This document shows, piece after piece, positions 50,531-64,000 of a DNA stretch of 64,000 nucleotides. Numbering within the stretch: position 1 is the stretch's first letter; every line of letters begins with the position of its first letter. This stretch comes from Octopus vulgaris (taxonomy: Eukaryota), in contig OX597814.1 in assembly GCA_951406725.2 (NCBI GenBank), positions 200,632,001-200,696,000 of the forward strand. Reading direction: 5' to 3'. The notes below the pieces were generated by a model that did not search any database, was not told the DNA's origin, and saw only the letters and a program-made list of their open reading frames with translations. The position numbers and the translations under genes are program-made.

Positions 50531-53283
50531 AGAGAATCAGCATTTGAAACATTAGTTTGATAAAATCACAAGACAAATTATCCACTACAATGATTGATAA
50601 TCTGATATTAAACCATCACCACTATTATGATTATCACAACTTTTGTTAATCCATTTCAAACAAGTCTTATTTTTATAAATGACTTTCTATCTAGAAAGAT
50701 ATTATTCTCATTTTCTTGTTGGATAACTTTTGAAACTTTTAACACTTTTCTGATTGATTTTTAATACCAAGATAACAAAATAAAATTTTACACAAGATAT
50801 ATTTGAAGATGTTAAAATATTTAAAAGCTATTTATAATTAAATCATCATCGTAATGGTTATGAAAATTAAATAATTGGATCTGTATATTAATCATATGGT
50901 TGCTAAGTGAACTTTGCACATTTGTGCCTTCACTCCTACCCCATATATAATTAAATAAAACAAGTGTTTTTATTGTCTGTTACACAGCTGTACTGATGCC
51001 TACATCTCGCCAAACAAAAGAAATAATAAATATTAAATGCCAAAAACTTACAAAATCTAAAATAATTTAATAATGATGCATTGTCTTTTGTTTACAACTC
51101 AAAATTAGATTTCTACAAAGAATTACAATCTATAAAATAATATTCAAGACATTTTTTAAACTCAACTTTTTGCTGCAGGTTATTTCTTTCTATCCATTTG
51201 CCTGGATAGAAAAGTTAACACAAAGTCTTTTCATTTTCTTCCTGTATTAAAATGGGGAGTAGATTGACTGAATTAAAATTGCTAGTGTCAGAGTTATTGC
51301 ACAAATACTGTTTCAATTGGATTGTTGTAGATTAGTAAATGGAAGGAACATAAAAAACATGACTGAGACTTCCAGAAGAATTCAGTTATCAAGAGGAAAG
51401 ATTCTAAAGAAAATAGAGAAAAGGAGTAAATTGAAAAGGGAGAAGTGCAAAGTTGGCAAGATCAGAAGAAGTATAAAAGTGACAATAAGATATTAATTGC
51501 GGGCCATGAATTGGTGGAGGTATGCTACTAATAGTCTTACCTAACAAGTTATAAGTGTGATTATAGCATTTTAGATGCTTCAGAAAACTGGGAATTATTT
51601 CAGTGTGCAAAGAGAATGTAGTGGGGATCTCTGTTTGGCATTAGGTAAGCCCTTAAGTTAACTGTGGCTCGTAGTCAAATAAATGACCAACTCACATGTG
51701 TATTGTTCCATACATTTGGTGTCTTTAATGTGCGGAGAATTATATATATCATGTGAGCTTTTTGCTAGAAGAGGGGATTAGGTCAATATGTATGTAATGT
51801 GTTTCTCTGTTAATAGCAGAGGTTCTTCTGGCAAATCATAAGGGGTGTGTCATCATAAGCTGTAGTTTAGGGTTTCATAAAACAGAACAAGCAATATCGA
51901 AGAAAAAAAAAAACAAGAATGATACAGTGATTCTGAACATGAGAGAGAGTTCATAAACAAGAAAAATAAACAGAAAACAAAAAGGTAATAACCGAAATGT
52001 TTGAGAAGAGAAGACAGGCAGAAAAATGTAACAAATGCATTCTTGGTTAAAAAGTGACATGAAATAGAAGATATATAGGATTGAATAAGGTTACAAGCTC
52101 TTAGAAAGCCAGTTTTACAGGTAATACAAGGAACGATATGTCACAAAAACCATATACAATAAGATCAATCACGACCGATGATAATGGAGGATTGTTTAAA
52201 ACTTGTAAAAAAAATCCTTAATTTTCCATACCACCTTAGTAAAATATTACTAAATCTTACTCTTTAAATGTGTGGTCATACATAATTTACTTTAATATTT
52301 AACATACAAGCAGAATTCAACATTCTTTGAAACAGTTAATATTTTTCAGGATATATGAAAGGAACTTTCTTGTATATCTTTGGCAACTAACTTGAAGCTA
52401 TATAAAACATTGTATAAAAGGAAATAAAAACTTCAAAATACTGTATCTGCTTTTGAAAAAGGGACAAGCAAACTGATTATCCTGATGATGTTTGAATGAA
52501 AATTATGCGCTCTTGAAAGGGAAGTTAAAAATAGCAAAATGTATCTGAAAGATTTATGCTTTGCCATTATCGACATCATCATTGCTGTTGTTTTCCTGTC
52601 CACTTTTCTGTGCTTGCATGGGTTAGACAGAATTTGGTGAGGCAGATTTTCTACAGCTGTCCCTGTTGCCAATCTGCATTTGTTTCCAAGCAAGATAATA
52701 TTTCCCCATAACTTGATAGATTTTCATAGATGATTGGAAATGGTCATTGCTTGTAAGATGGTGGCACTCATTTTAAAACAATTGCACAATGTCAACTCAA
52801 GGACACACACACACACACACACACACAAAGAAATGGCTTCCTTCAATTTCAGTCTAAATCCACTAACATGACATCAATAACATGCAGCTGAAAGAGAAAC
52901 AAAGTTCTTTATCACACTGCTTAGAAATGAGTATGCTTATATGCTATCCTTCATCCAAATATTAACAGAGCAAATTTTTGTTTCTTGTTGAAACGTCATT
53001 CCTGAGATAATGCTTTTCATTACTCAGCAAAAGACTATTTCAATCTCTGCAACAAAGTGAGACAACATGACATGGATTCCCACTGCCAACTAATTTTAAC
53101 AATCTGTTATAATTCCTAACGGTTAGTTATGTATTGAGCTTCAGTGTATTTTTCACAATGTATCTTTTTTTCCATGTACTTTAGACTAAGAAAGAATGTC
53201 AGTACCCTAAACCTGATAAACTTAGTCATTTTAGTAACTAGCTGATTATTAATTCAATCTTTATAAATAGAAAATAAGATGTT

Positions 53284-53495
53284 AAGGTGGCAAGCTGGCA
53301 GAAATGTTAGCACGCCGGGTGAAATGCTTAGTGATGTTTCATCTGCCGTCATGTTCTGAGTTCAAATTCCGCCGAGGTTGACTTTGCTTTTCATCCTTTC
53401 AGGGTCAATAAATTAAGTCCCAGTTGTGTACTGGGGTTGATGTAATTGACTTTGTCCTTGTTTGTCTCCTCTATGTTTAGGGCAATAAAGAAATA
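53284..53495 (+). mobile_element. Full-length Deu/Nin-domain-type tRNA SINE with TSD
   Basis: AAGGTGGCAAGCTGGCAGAA...GAGTTCAAATTCC (B box)...TTTCATCCTTTCAGGGTCAATAAA; flanked by the direct repeat AGAAAATAAGATG. Confidence 0.88.
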
Positions 53496-55668
53496 AGAAA
53501 ATAAGATGCTATGCTAGGAGTATGCTATAATGAAATCACACTAGTCTTATAAGACATCATGTTAGTCAAATACCAATATTTACTTTATGACAAATAGAAT
53601 CCTTAAATCTGTTAAAATAGTGAACATTCTGTTTTTTTGATTTAATAGTTGTTAAACATTAAGTTATAACTACAAATAGTAAAATATAGTTTTAAGCTAT
53701 GAATATTATAGTTCTTGTAGTAAATAGTACTAGCTGTATTCCTCTTTCTTTTAATCAATGGCATAAAACAATTAGAAAACAAAAGCACTTTTATAACAAG
53801 ACTGTCAAACCTTATTTGGGCATTTTATGAAGATTCTCCGTCATTAAACTATTGTTTGGTTTTTCAAATCAAAATGTCTTGAACTTATTTTGTTCATCAG
53901 ACTGGAAACACTTCAACTCAGGTTAACAGAAAAAAAGTTAAAAAACAAAAAAGAAAGAAACAAATTAATTATATTTCATATAATGATTTATTGCCTAGCC
54001 ATAATGACTTCTTTGTAAGGAAGAGAATTTATAGTTCATTGAATCAACTTCTGTGCTTGTTTAAATGACCTAAGAAGGATGAAAGATAAAACTGTTTCTT
54101 GTCTGAAATGAATACCTAGATTATCATATATCAATCTATTTCAGTTTTATGTCATCTAATATGAACTCTATTGTTCTAACAACCATTATAATAAATAAAT
54201 ATAATAAATGTATGTTCCAGCAAAAAACAAATAAAAAGAATATAGTAAGTAAAAAAAAAAAAAAAAGAACTGAATCTGACTGACAAGTTCTGTTTCTAAT
54301 TCATATTGGAGAGATTCGAAGAAGAATGGGCATACAGCTGTCAAAACAATTACTTCAACAAAAAGGCATCTCTTGGTTAGGAGATAAATTTCATTGAATA
54401 GTTTTGATTCAATGAAAGTAAATAATGTAATTATAAATGTTAGTATTTTCAAACAGTATTTCTTTTGTTGATTAATGATCTAGCTGTTTTAATTCATATA
54501 GCTATAATATCTAAGAAAAATCATAATTTTATTGCTAATTACTGGTAACATTTAGATACTCTCTGAAATGGAGAAAATTCCAAACAGAAACCATTCTGGA
54601 AATCCTCCAATTTAAAAGTTACTACTATCATCAATTGGCAGCAAAGATGTTTCCAAAAATTTAGATTTTCCTTCTTTCATATCTGTTTCTTATTTCCTAT
54701 AAATGGATTTCAAGTTTTAAATGGCCAACTCAGTTCAGTTCCTTGTTTTCATTTTATACTGTTTTCCATTTTTTATCATATATATTAATGCTCTCCTATT
54801 GTTAACTATAAGTGGTTTATTCAGATCGGTTTTATATTTGACAGTCTAGATCAAGATTGAATAAAATCAATTAATAGTATACCATTATGAGCTTGTCTTA
54901 GAGCTATTTTGAAATGAACCATTACTAGAAAATTATCATTGATCATATTACTAAAGGGTTTGTGATTTTTTTTTTTATTTTCATCTGCATTCTCATAACA
55001 AAAGTCAACAGTGTAGTGTTTCCCAAAAGTTCTCCCTTGATTTTTACCATTTCCATGGTGCTTCATTTAAAATACTTTTGGTTGTTATTGTTTAGCCTCA
55101 AGTTATGCCTAATTGAGCAGACCTATGATCAAAGACATTTCAGACATCCTGCTATGCACATTTTCCTTTCCTTAGATTAGTAGACTATCAGAGATTAGTC
55201 TTCTATTTCTAGCTGGTAAACAATGTAGATATTTCCTCATTGGCTCTGGTTAATCTACCTGCTGAAAATCTCATTTCACTAACATTTGAACGGTTAATAT
55301 CATGTTAGGTTTTCATTTTTATCGTTAACAAGAACTGGGTAGTTTATGATTTTCATGCAGACAACTCTGAAACAGAATTAGCCTCTTCCAAGAACATAAA
55401 CACAATGGCTACCACAGGCATTCAACCAATTACCGAACTTTTAGGAGATTTTTGTATGGTTTAAATCTACTCCTAACTGGATAGTTTAAATCTACCTTTA
55501 ACTGAATTTGAAAAATTTGGGTCAAAATATTTTCTTCCTTTTCTAAGAAACCCAACTTACAGTAACTGGAATAAAGATATAGTAATGTAACTGACTACAT
55601 ATAAGTACAGTAGAACCTGATCACAAATAAATCGTACTTTATATCCTATCTTTTTCATTCATTTAATA

Positions 55669-56937
55669 CAGTAGTACCTTAGTTTACAAACACCTCTGAT
55701 CACGAATAAATTGTGCTTTATATATATACTAGCAGAATTGCCCAGTGATGCTCGGGGCTGAATTGCTTGAAAGTACTGTTAATGATTGCACTGAATTATG
55801 ATGATTATTCAGGCAAATATTGATATAAGTTTACGGTGGGAGATAAGGACTTAACGATCAAACGTGTGTCATTGCATTGTTTTGGGGGAACCAAATTTCT
55901 AATGAGCATTATAGGGGCACCAACTTTAGGTTTGAGAATGTGTGGTGGTAGTCCGGGGGCTCAAAGGAATTGAGTACCTCTATTGGATAGTTGATGACGT
56001 CCTCTGGGTCAGGAGTTGTATCGATAGACTTATATACATAGACATCCCCAGGAATGAGTTTTAGCATTTCATCATTAATATGGTGAACAGTTTTATTCCT
56101 CGGGGCCAGAATAGCCCTTCGGCCAATCCAATCCATATTCTGATAATTAGCTTGTAGAACACTGCATCTCTGAGATCAGAAGGCGTTTTAACAATGGTAC
56201 AAATGGAATCGATGGCAATATTACCATTTTCATCCCTTGGTATTTTCCCCAAACAGGGACACAATTCAATTTTAAAACAATAACCAAAGCCCCTTCTCCG
56301 AAAGGGGGAGGGTTATGGTTTACAATTATTTAACAAATGCAACACAACAACGTTTCCCTGACGAGGAACCAACAAACGTGATTACAATAGTCAAACAGTA
56401 ATAATAATAATAACAACAAACCTTTTTAATGTATCCCCATTTATGTGAAACCACTTATTCAAGTTCAAGTCATTGATGCAATTTTATACGAATTGCTAAT
56501 ACACACACACATAATAAGGGTGAAAAATTGAATATTAATTTGATTAATATGAATTGAAAACCAGTGGTGTAGCATATAAGACCATAGCGGATCTTCTTCT
56601 AGCAAAAAGGATGACCAGTATTAATTGCTCATCCCTTTTATATAAATACTTTCACTTTAATTGTTGCACACTTGCAAAGAAAAAGGAGGATAAAGTGTAG
56701 TGGTAATGGTAGGAGTGAAGCACTTGAAATGAAAGAGGGAAATCGTAAAATATTGAGTTTTCTCGAATTTTTGCTTAATTGGGGGTGAAATTGAAAAAAC
56801 TTTACATGCCATGACCCAATGGAATCTACTTGGAAAAATGATAGGTAAATTCCAATGAAGAAATTCTATATTGTAGAATTGTATAAAAAACGAACGGTTT
56901 GGGAGGCAGAGAAAATCTGCCTTTTATCATAAGAGAT

Positions 56938-56986
<49 letters not shown>

Positions 56987-57044
56987 TATATATAAAGTAC
57001 GATTTATTCACGATCAGAGTTGTTCGAAAACCAAGGTAATACTG
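55669..57044. mobile_element. pogo/Tigger-like palindromic MITE split by a Helitron
   Basis: Arms TA|CAGTAGTACCTTAGTTTACAAACACCTCTGATCACGAATAAAT and ATTTATTCACGATCAGAGTTGTTCGAAAACCAAGGTAATACTG|TA are inverted homologues. Confidence 0.8.
55729..56936 (-). mobile_element. Internally deleted Helitron retaining a Pif1 helicase fragment
   Basis: 5' A^TCTCTTATGATAAAAGG; 3' hairpin CCCGAGCATCACTGGG then CTAG^T. Internal peptide WIGRRAILAPRNKTVHHINDEMLKLIPG...YPIEVLNSFEP...LKVGAPIML. Confidence 0.9.
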
Positions 57045-57389
57045 TATCTTAAGAATTCTATTCACAATTTTCTTTTAAGAAGTAACTTCTTTAACACCAA
57101 CACATTCTGAGACCCTCAGCATTTATTCTTAGTTGAATGCATATTTTCATAACATTAGTAACCTTCTTTAATCATCACACTGACTCCTCTAAGGATTTAC
57201 ATTTAAATTATGTTCCCTTAAGCTACTCTTATAAATATTTCATCAGGAATCATGATTCTGAAGCAGTACCTGTATTTGGGTAACTATACAAAATAAATAA
57301 ACAAGAAAAATGAACTAATGGTTGCAATAACGATTATTTATCTGAAGCCAATCTCTGATCTTAACTGCTGAATTGAAGACAGGTATTTC

Positions 57390-57800
57390 AAGTTACCTCT
57401 CATCAATTAATAATATATAAAGCTTTGAAGCTGATAAATTGCACATGTAGTTGATTGCTCTCTTTAATGTATCTGGATCTTTCAAGAAGCTGTTTGGCTT
57501 ATGTAAGATTTGGCAATCAATAATCCCTGCTACAATTATGATGTAGCTTTATGTTCACTCAGCTGCATTTAGAAAACTATCATTTTGCCTATCTGCTTGC
57601 ATAATTTCCAAACTGGATTAATTTCATATGTCAGTTCAATTGCAAATACTTTCTTTGGGGTGATGGAGTGTATAATTGCATCTGGCCTTGGACTATCAAT
57701 TTTATATGGTGAGGAAACTGCTTCTGGATTTACAGAACTTAGTCTGCAACCCATCTTGAAAAGTCTTTACGCAATCCTATTTGCAAACATATAGCTCTCT
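57390..57800 (-). mobile_element. Remnant of an RLE-type non-LTR retrotransposon (restriction-like endonuclease domain)
   Basis: RPDAIIHSITPKKVFAIELT fits the RPD-x(n)-ELT catalytic pattern; downstream KRAINYMCNLS resembles the C-terminal helix. Heavily decayed. Confidence 0.45.
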
Positions 57801-59030
57801 GATATTGTTCCTGAAAATGCGATATAACACTCTTTGAGTAGCATTTCTCTTTGTTCACAACTTATTGATTGTTCTCAAAATAATTCATATAATTTCATCT
57901 GGATGCCAAACAAACTTCACCTCTGTAGCATATGAAACTTTTGAAACAGATATATCAGATTACAATATCTCATAATATTCTAGTCTATGGGGATATTCCA
58001 TTTATTTCAGTTGTGAGGTCTGAATACATAAAAAAAACAGTAAGATCATTAACATTTAGTAAGCTCTAATGTTTGATCAAACATTGTAATTTTATTTCAT
58101 AGACTCATTATTCAGCAGCCTTCAGGAATAAACTTAACTGCATAGTATTTTTAACCATGAGGAAAAGCAGTGCCTATGATCATTAAGAGGGTTTCAAGAG
58201 ATATGGAAGGAGGAAAATATTGTCAAAGCAGGGAACTGGCCTGAACACTTGCAAAAGGGTGGGCTCGACTAAAAGCAACCACATTGCATAGTAGTGGTAG
58301 GATTAAGTATAGCACCCAAATAGACTACAGCAGAACTTGAAATGAGAACGCAAAGAGCTAAAGCAAATACCACAAGGCATATCCAGTTCAACAATCTTAT
58401 GGTGTCGTTAATACACCACAATGGATTGATATTTCTTTTATGTCGACCACAAAAGGACAAAAGGTTAAGGCATCAATAGAATTTGAACTCAGAGAGCACA
58501 ATGTCAGAACAAATATCACAATGCATTTTTACCAACAATCTAATGACTGCCACATTTCTTCAAGCAATCAACTGAACAACTCCGGACTAAGTTAAACAAT
58601 GTTAAAAAACACTAATGATTGTCTGCAAAAATCAGTTCAAGGATTGAAAAATTACTGTGTATCACAAAGGATAAACATTTCTACTAGGGATTTTCTCAGT
58701 CTTGAGCAAACGTTTACCATTCTCCATATTTAATAAAGCATTATCTTAGATAATACCTTTTATTTCAACAAAAGTATAATTTTGCTTCTTTTTGAATACC
58801 TCCAGGATTTGAATTGGTTTGCAAGGTGGTCTGATTATAATACATACAAATACACATTTTATAGTTAAATTGTTTAAAGCAGTGAGCCAAAATGAATTTT
58901 TAATCAACTGAAATCAAACTAATAAGGAGAAGTAAAGTCAGTATAACAACTAATGTCAAGAATGGTAAGAGAGAGACTGCCAATTAAATTGATTACAAAT
59001 TATATATCAATATTCATGGGAAAGTAAACC

Positions 59031-59080
59031 ATGACAACTCTGTACAAATTTCAGTCTTATTAGTCCTCTTCAGTAAAATA
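59031..59080 (-). other. Decayed hammerhead-ribozyme-like motif (copy 2)
   Basis: Minus strand reads CTGAAGA-GGAC-TAATAA-GACT-GAAA-TTTG-TA-CAGAGT; homologous to 3260-3309. Confidence 0.5.
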
Positions 59081-60429
59081 TCTAGCATGTATTAGAAGAT
59101 ACTGTTCCCATCTGAAAACTGAATATGCCTTTAACTACATATTCTTTTATACAGAAAGCACACTGGTAAATTTTCAAATTTATAAATATATATATTTATG
59201 TATATACAATTTTTAATTATTCATTTGATGGAAGTAGGTTTTGTTTCAGAGACTTCTAGTACTTCTTTTTCTTTAACAGCATGGCTTTATGGTTTGAATA
59301 AAAACTAGATACAGTTTCGTTCATTCACCAGGGTACATAACACTCCAGCTGGAGGAATTCCAACTCCCATCAGCACTATCTATTTGATGAAGGCATTTAT
59401 TTCAAAAAATTACCTTATTTGTCATACACATTGAGATGCATCATCTATTTCAATGAGACAATATTTCTAAACTTCCATCTGTCTTTATGTTCTGAGTTCG
59501 ACTTTGCCTTTCATCCTTTCAGGGTTGATAAATTAAATACGAGTTGCATAATGGGGTCGATGTAATCAACTGGGCCCCCTCCCTAAAAATTTCTAAACTT
59601 TATGAAGCTAAATCTAATAAACTTGATTTGTTTTTAAAATCAAGGAATATTTCAGTCCTGAAGTTGTGTCTTAATATGCATGTTTTTTATTTTTATTTTA
59701 AAAATTCCTCTTAACTCTGGGTGGAAGAGTAAAAATACTCTTTGTAACATGCACTGAAAAAATGATGATAATATCAGAAAACAACAAGCAAGAGTTCATA
59801 TGGTTATTCAAACTGCTAGATGTAGCAACCAAGTTTCTTAAATTACACCTTACTGCCTTAAAAATTATGTCAGATAGTGTAGTCAAGGGTACATTAATCC
59901 AGGAAAAAAACAATTAAAGGGTTATAGTTTGAATGCTTGATGATTTAGGCTAGCTCAATTGGTACTAAGTGTTCAGTAACAACAACTGATTATACTAGTT
60001 CAATGGAAGTTTTGAGGCTACAAAAGATAATAGAAGACTTGTCCGGTCGTATAGTGTCCCAACACCTTATAGCAGTGAACAGCACTGCCTCATGGTACCA
60101 ATTTACAACTTGTGGGAAAACTTCAGTAGCACAATTTTTTTTCTGTGAGTGGCACCACAGAACCAAAGGCATATACTTTTTTTTTACCTTCTATATGATA
60201 GGCCACAACCCTAGAAGTTTAATGAACACTTAATTAAGGCCTACAATTAATTAGCATGAATCACTTAACCATGGCTTATTATGTTACCAAGAGTATACAC
60301 TTTCAATCACTTGCCAGACTTCATTAAGAAATCATATGGCTGATTAATTGATCTGCACTCATTTAAAGTTTAAATTGATTCATGTGTTCTCTATATACAC
60401 CAACTGCCATTACTGGAATATGCAGTTAT

Positions 60430-60635
60430 TTAAATCTTGCCACCTGCATCTCTAATTTTCAACCTTATCTTTCTTCTTTTCCTATGCCTTCGCATTGGAT
60501 GCACTTTATGGAATTTCTACCCACATCTTTTCATATCGCGCAGGGCCATCTCTCTGAAGGAATTTGTGATTTGATTGTTTTCCTACTTACTAAGACTTTG
60601 GTCTTTGTTAAGTTATCTCTAAGGTCCTTCTGTTA
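60430..60635 (-). mobile_element. RTE LINE fragment (Cys-rich region)
   Basis: Similar to 34780-34930 and 44590-44800 (KTKVLV, WPCAI*KDVGRNSIKCIQC). Confidence 0.65.
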
Positions 60636-62238
60636 AAATCACTCAACAAATTCTCTCTGTCACGTATTGTCCATAGTCACCTTTTCTAGTGTGTATAAAG
60701 AGAAGAGAGGTTGCACTTTCTCTACAGATCAGAGCTTTGTGTCTAATAATAAACTTTTGCCTTACAACTCCACTGTATTTATCAGTTAATATCTTATGAT
60801 ATATTTTTGGATTTTTAAAAATTTTATTTTTGTCTTCTTTTTTCATTTTACATAGCATCTTTGTTGATTACACATTTTGTAGCTGAAGTATTTATTGCTT
60901 ATTTTGCATCATTGCAGGTTTAATATTTTTTATTAAAACGGTTTCATTGCTTCAACATTTCATTTTTTTTTTTTTTACATTTTTGTTTTAAGAATTTATT
61001 TAATTGTATATTTTCTTTTACAAGATTTATATTTTCAATATTCAATAAGATTCTATATTTTTACACATTCAATTTTTTATCATTATTATTTTTGTATTCA
61101 AAGAAGATAATGCTCTCATATTTGACATTTTTATAATTTATTTCAATTTATATTGTTTTCATATTTTTATTAATTCTACCAATGTCAGCTTTTACCGAAT
61201 TTTGTTTTCCAGTAGCTACAACTATACTCTAGTGAGTCGAATAGCCACTAATACATCCTGCTTAGTCATTTTGAGATTTAGATTTTCATTTGTATCATTG
61301 AGACTCAGAGACTAAGATGCTTAATTGCCAATAGATCAAATAGATGCAGACATGGCAATCGGGTTAAGATGTTTGGCACCATTGAGTGTCTCCAACTGAA
61401 CAATGACTGGTAAGTGAAATTTGGTAGCTGAGAAACACAGAAGACCATTTTATGTGTGTGCATGAGAATACATATATGTGCACCTATATCTCTAATAATT
61501 ATTAGGACAAAATGTACACAATTTACAAGAGAATCAATAAAACTGAGGTGTCCACAAAAGTACATTTTGGTATTTTTCTGTTTAACTTACATTCACTTCC
61601 TTGGCACTCTGACTTCAGAAATTCAGTGAACCAGATGCCTTTCTTGTCACGAAAACTCACCTGTTTCCAAGCAAGGTAATATTTCCACTATGGCCGGACA
61701 TGTTCATGAAAGACTGGAAACACACTGTTTATATGATGGTGATTGTTTAAAACCATAACATGATGTCAAGACACACACACATATCTTAGACCAAATTCAA
61801 ATACAAGCCATTTAATTGATTAACAGATTCAACTACTAACAGGTTTCCACTTCCAACTTATTAATGTATCCTCCCTTGCTGCATTTCACCTGGACACTAC
61901 ACTAAGCAGTTCATAAAATTATTCCCCCAGAACAAAGGTTATCTGGAAGATCCTCCCTATCTATATTTTTCCCTCAGAGACCTGCATACAGATGTTCAAA
62001 TTTAGCATCGATCATATTAATACCACTTATCTGAGAGAACCTGAGAACATCATGCTGACTGGTCGTCTTTGCCTAACTTATGGAAATTAATTTTCAGACA
62101 GTTCATTGCTTTGTGTTAAAGTACAGACATTCTCTAACCTCTTCTTTTTACATATGTATTCGCTTATACGGAGTAAAATCTAAATTGCTTCAATCTTATA
62201 TTTAATAAGTTACTTATGCACTTTTAAATTCTATGATG

Positions 62239-62269
<31 letters not shown>

Positions 62270-63787
62270 TTCCCATCTATGTGTGGAGTTCCTAAAGTTT
62301 CATTTGCTGCATATTCCTTGTCTAGATTATTGTATCAACATAGTTTCACTACTTCTTATAATATAAATTAAGATATAATATACATTGAAAACTGTAGGTA
62401 TGTCATAAGAAGGACAGTAAAAAGTAAAGGCTCTTATTCATTCTTTAACATGGTTTAGAGAAATTAGCAAACACATTTATCAAAAACATAAAAAACCAGT
62501 GGTTTATGTTGAGCAGAAATTTAAGTGTGCATAATGTTATCCATGTACATAGAGCACTTTCCTAATGTTTTTTTTTTGTATTTTTTTTACACCATCACTA
62601 CAATCACAACAATCAACATAACATACTGATCTAAGTATTGAGAATGCAAGATGCTATGTAAACATTAAGAAGCAAAGCAAGAGCGATATCTTTAGCAAAT
62701 AAACTTATCAGCAGGGAAGATTAAATCCAAACAGGTAGTTACTTAAATAAAAAAAATTGTAAAAAAACCCAGAAAGAACAGTAACAAAATTCATTTTACA
62801 AACAAAAATTTCACATGCCAAAACACTTAACCAGCGTATAATAGTACATAATATCAACATACTTGGAAACTATAACAATCATTCGAAACTGCTAACTATC
62901 TTCCAGCTTTTCCTTTTTGGTGAACATAAAACCAGTATAGAAATAAACAGGTAAAGTGTCTTAAATTACAGTTAATAGCACTCAGCAGAAACTACATGCC
63001 CAGAACCCCAAAACATTAAGGATCTTTTTACTATGCTCACACAAAAAAGAAAACTGTACTTTTAGGTCCTATAAAAACAAGTATAAATAATAAAGGGAAT
63101 GCTATGAATAAATGATTGAGTTTGCATCAGTTTAAATGCCTGTCACGTTTATGTTCAGTATTTTATCAAGAGATGCAACAACTGTCATAATTTGCATTTC
63201 TTAAAGAAGTGTCATAAAAATGTTTCTTTTCTTGCTATGTACCATTGAACATAAAGTAAAACAACTGCAAAAAAGCATACCATCAATATATGAAATGCAT
63301 ACAAAATAAACAAGATAAAGGAAGACAATAGCCACACAATAACATCATTTAATTGCCTAATGTAAAAAGGTGAACAAGTAAAGCTACATAATGCAATAGC
63401 ATTATATTCTTTGAAATTCCCAAGTGATCCAAAACAAAATTACAATCCTTTATATCAATGTTAAAAAACAACTCTGGATACAACTTTCATCCCAGAAAAT
63501 TGACTTAACTTAAAACAAAAAATACTTTCTTTTTTCACATCCACAATTTCTTTTTGGAAAAATCTCAAAAGGAGAAGCTTTGCAATGATCTTAAGCAATT
63601 TTCTAACTAGACTGACATTTCTGTATTTTATATCCTTTGAATGTGTAGTTGTAATTTAAGTTTCATTATATGGAATATTCTGTACAGAATAATTTTTTTT
63701 TTCCACTAGAGATATAAGGTATTTATCAGTTTCTATGATTATTTACAAAACTTTCTTGACCTTGTCTCCCTGATTTATTTTTGTCAT

Positions 63788-63932
63788 TATCTGCTTTAGC
63801 ATTCCACAGAGGTCGACTTTGCCTTTCATCCTTTCGGGGTTGATAAATTAAGTACCAGTTGCATTCTGGGGTCAGTCTAATCAACTGGCCCCCTCCCCAA
63901 AAATTTTGGGCCTTGTGCCTAGAGTAGAAAAG
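63788..63932 (+). mobile_element. Deu/Nin-domain-type SINE (5' truncated)
   Basis: GAGGTCGACTTTGCCTTTCATCCTTTCGGGGTTGATAAATTAAGTACCAG...CCTTGTGCCTAGAGTAGAAAAG. Confidence 0.8.
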
Positions 63933-64000
63933 ATTAACTGCTTTAGCATCAACATTCTTTAATAAACAGCCATAAATATATGCCCCCAAAACTCCTTGAC

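Noticed and set aside
51540-51590. LKCY peptide before a gtaaga donor, suggesting a Ly6/uPAR domain start
   Set aside because: The second Cys of the LxCxxC motif is missing and no further LU-domain exons were found.
57922-58019. Segment with a good acceptor and GAG|gtgaag donor on the minus strand
   Set aside because: It has stops in all three frames; it could only be non-coding and has no independent support.

Overview
AT-rich, repeat-dense animal genomic DNA. The SINE and LINE content resembles octopus repeats, so a coleoid cephalopod is my inference. Much of the window is decayed transposable elements: a full-length DD34D mariner, three DD37D (maT-like) remnants, Tc1/pogo- and piggyBac-type MITEs, two RTE-clade LINE families, a CR1-like 3' end, an RLE-type LINE remnant, four Helitron-related elements and many SINEs. 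There are no rRNA, tRNA or CRISPR features. The main results not visible in the ORF track are: (1) a candidate spliced minus-strand host gene (about 12986 to 1565) for a small surface glycoprotein with a signal peptide and a GPI-like C-terminal tail, which I cannot assign to a family; (2) a young 2.6 kb non-coding retroelement with five 317-318 bp head monomers and an RTE tail; (3) two decayed hammerhead-ribozyme-like motifs 56 kb apart; (4) a near-perfect 92 bp inverted repeat just upstream of the candidate ATG exon; (5) one SINE head paired with two different LINE tails. All calls were made by eye, and boundaries of degenerate repeats are approximate.
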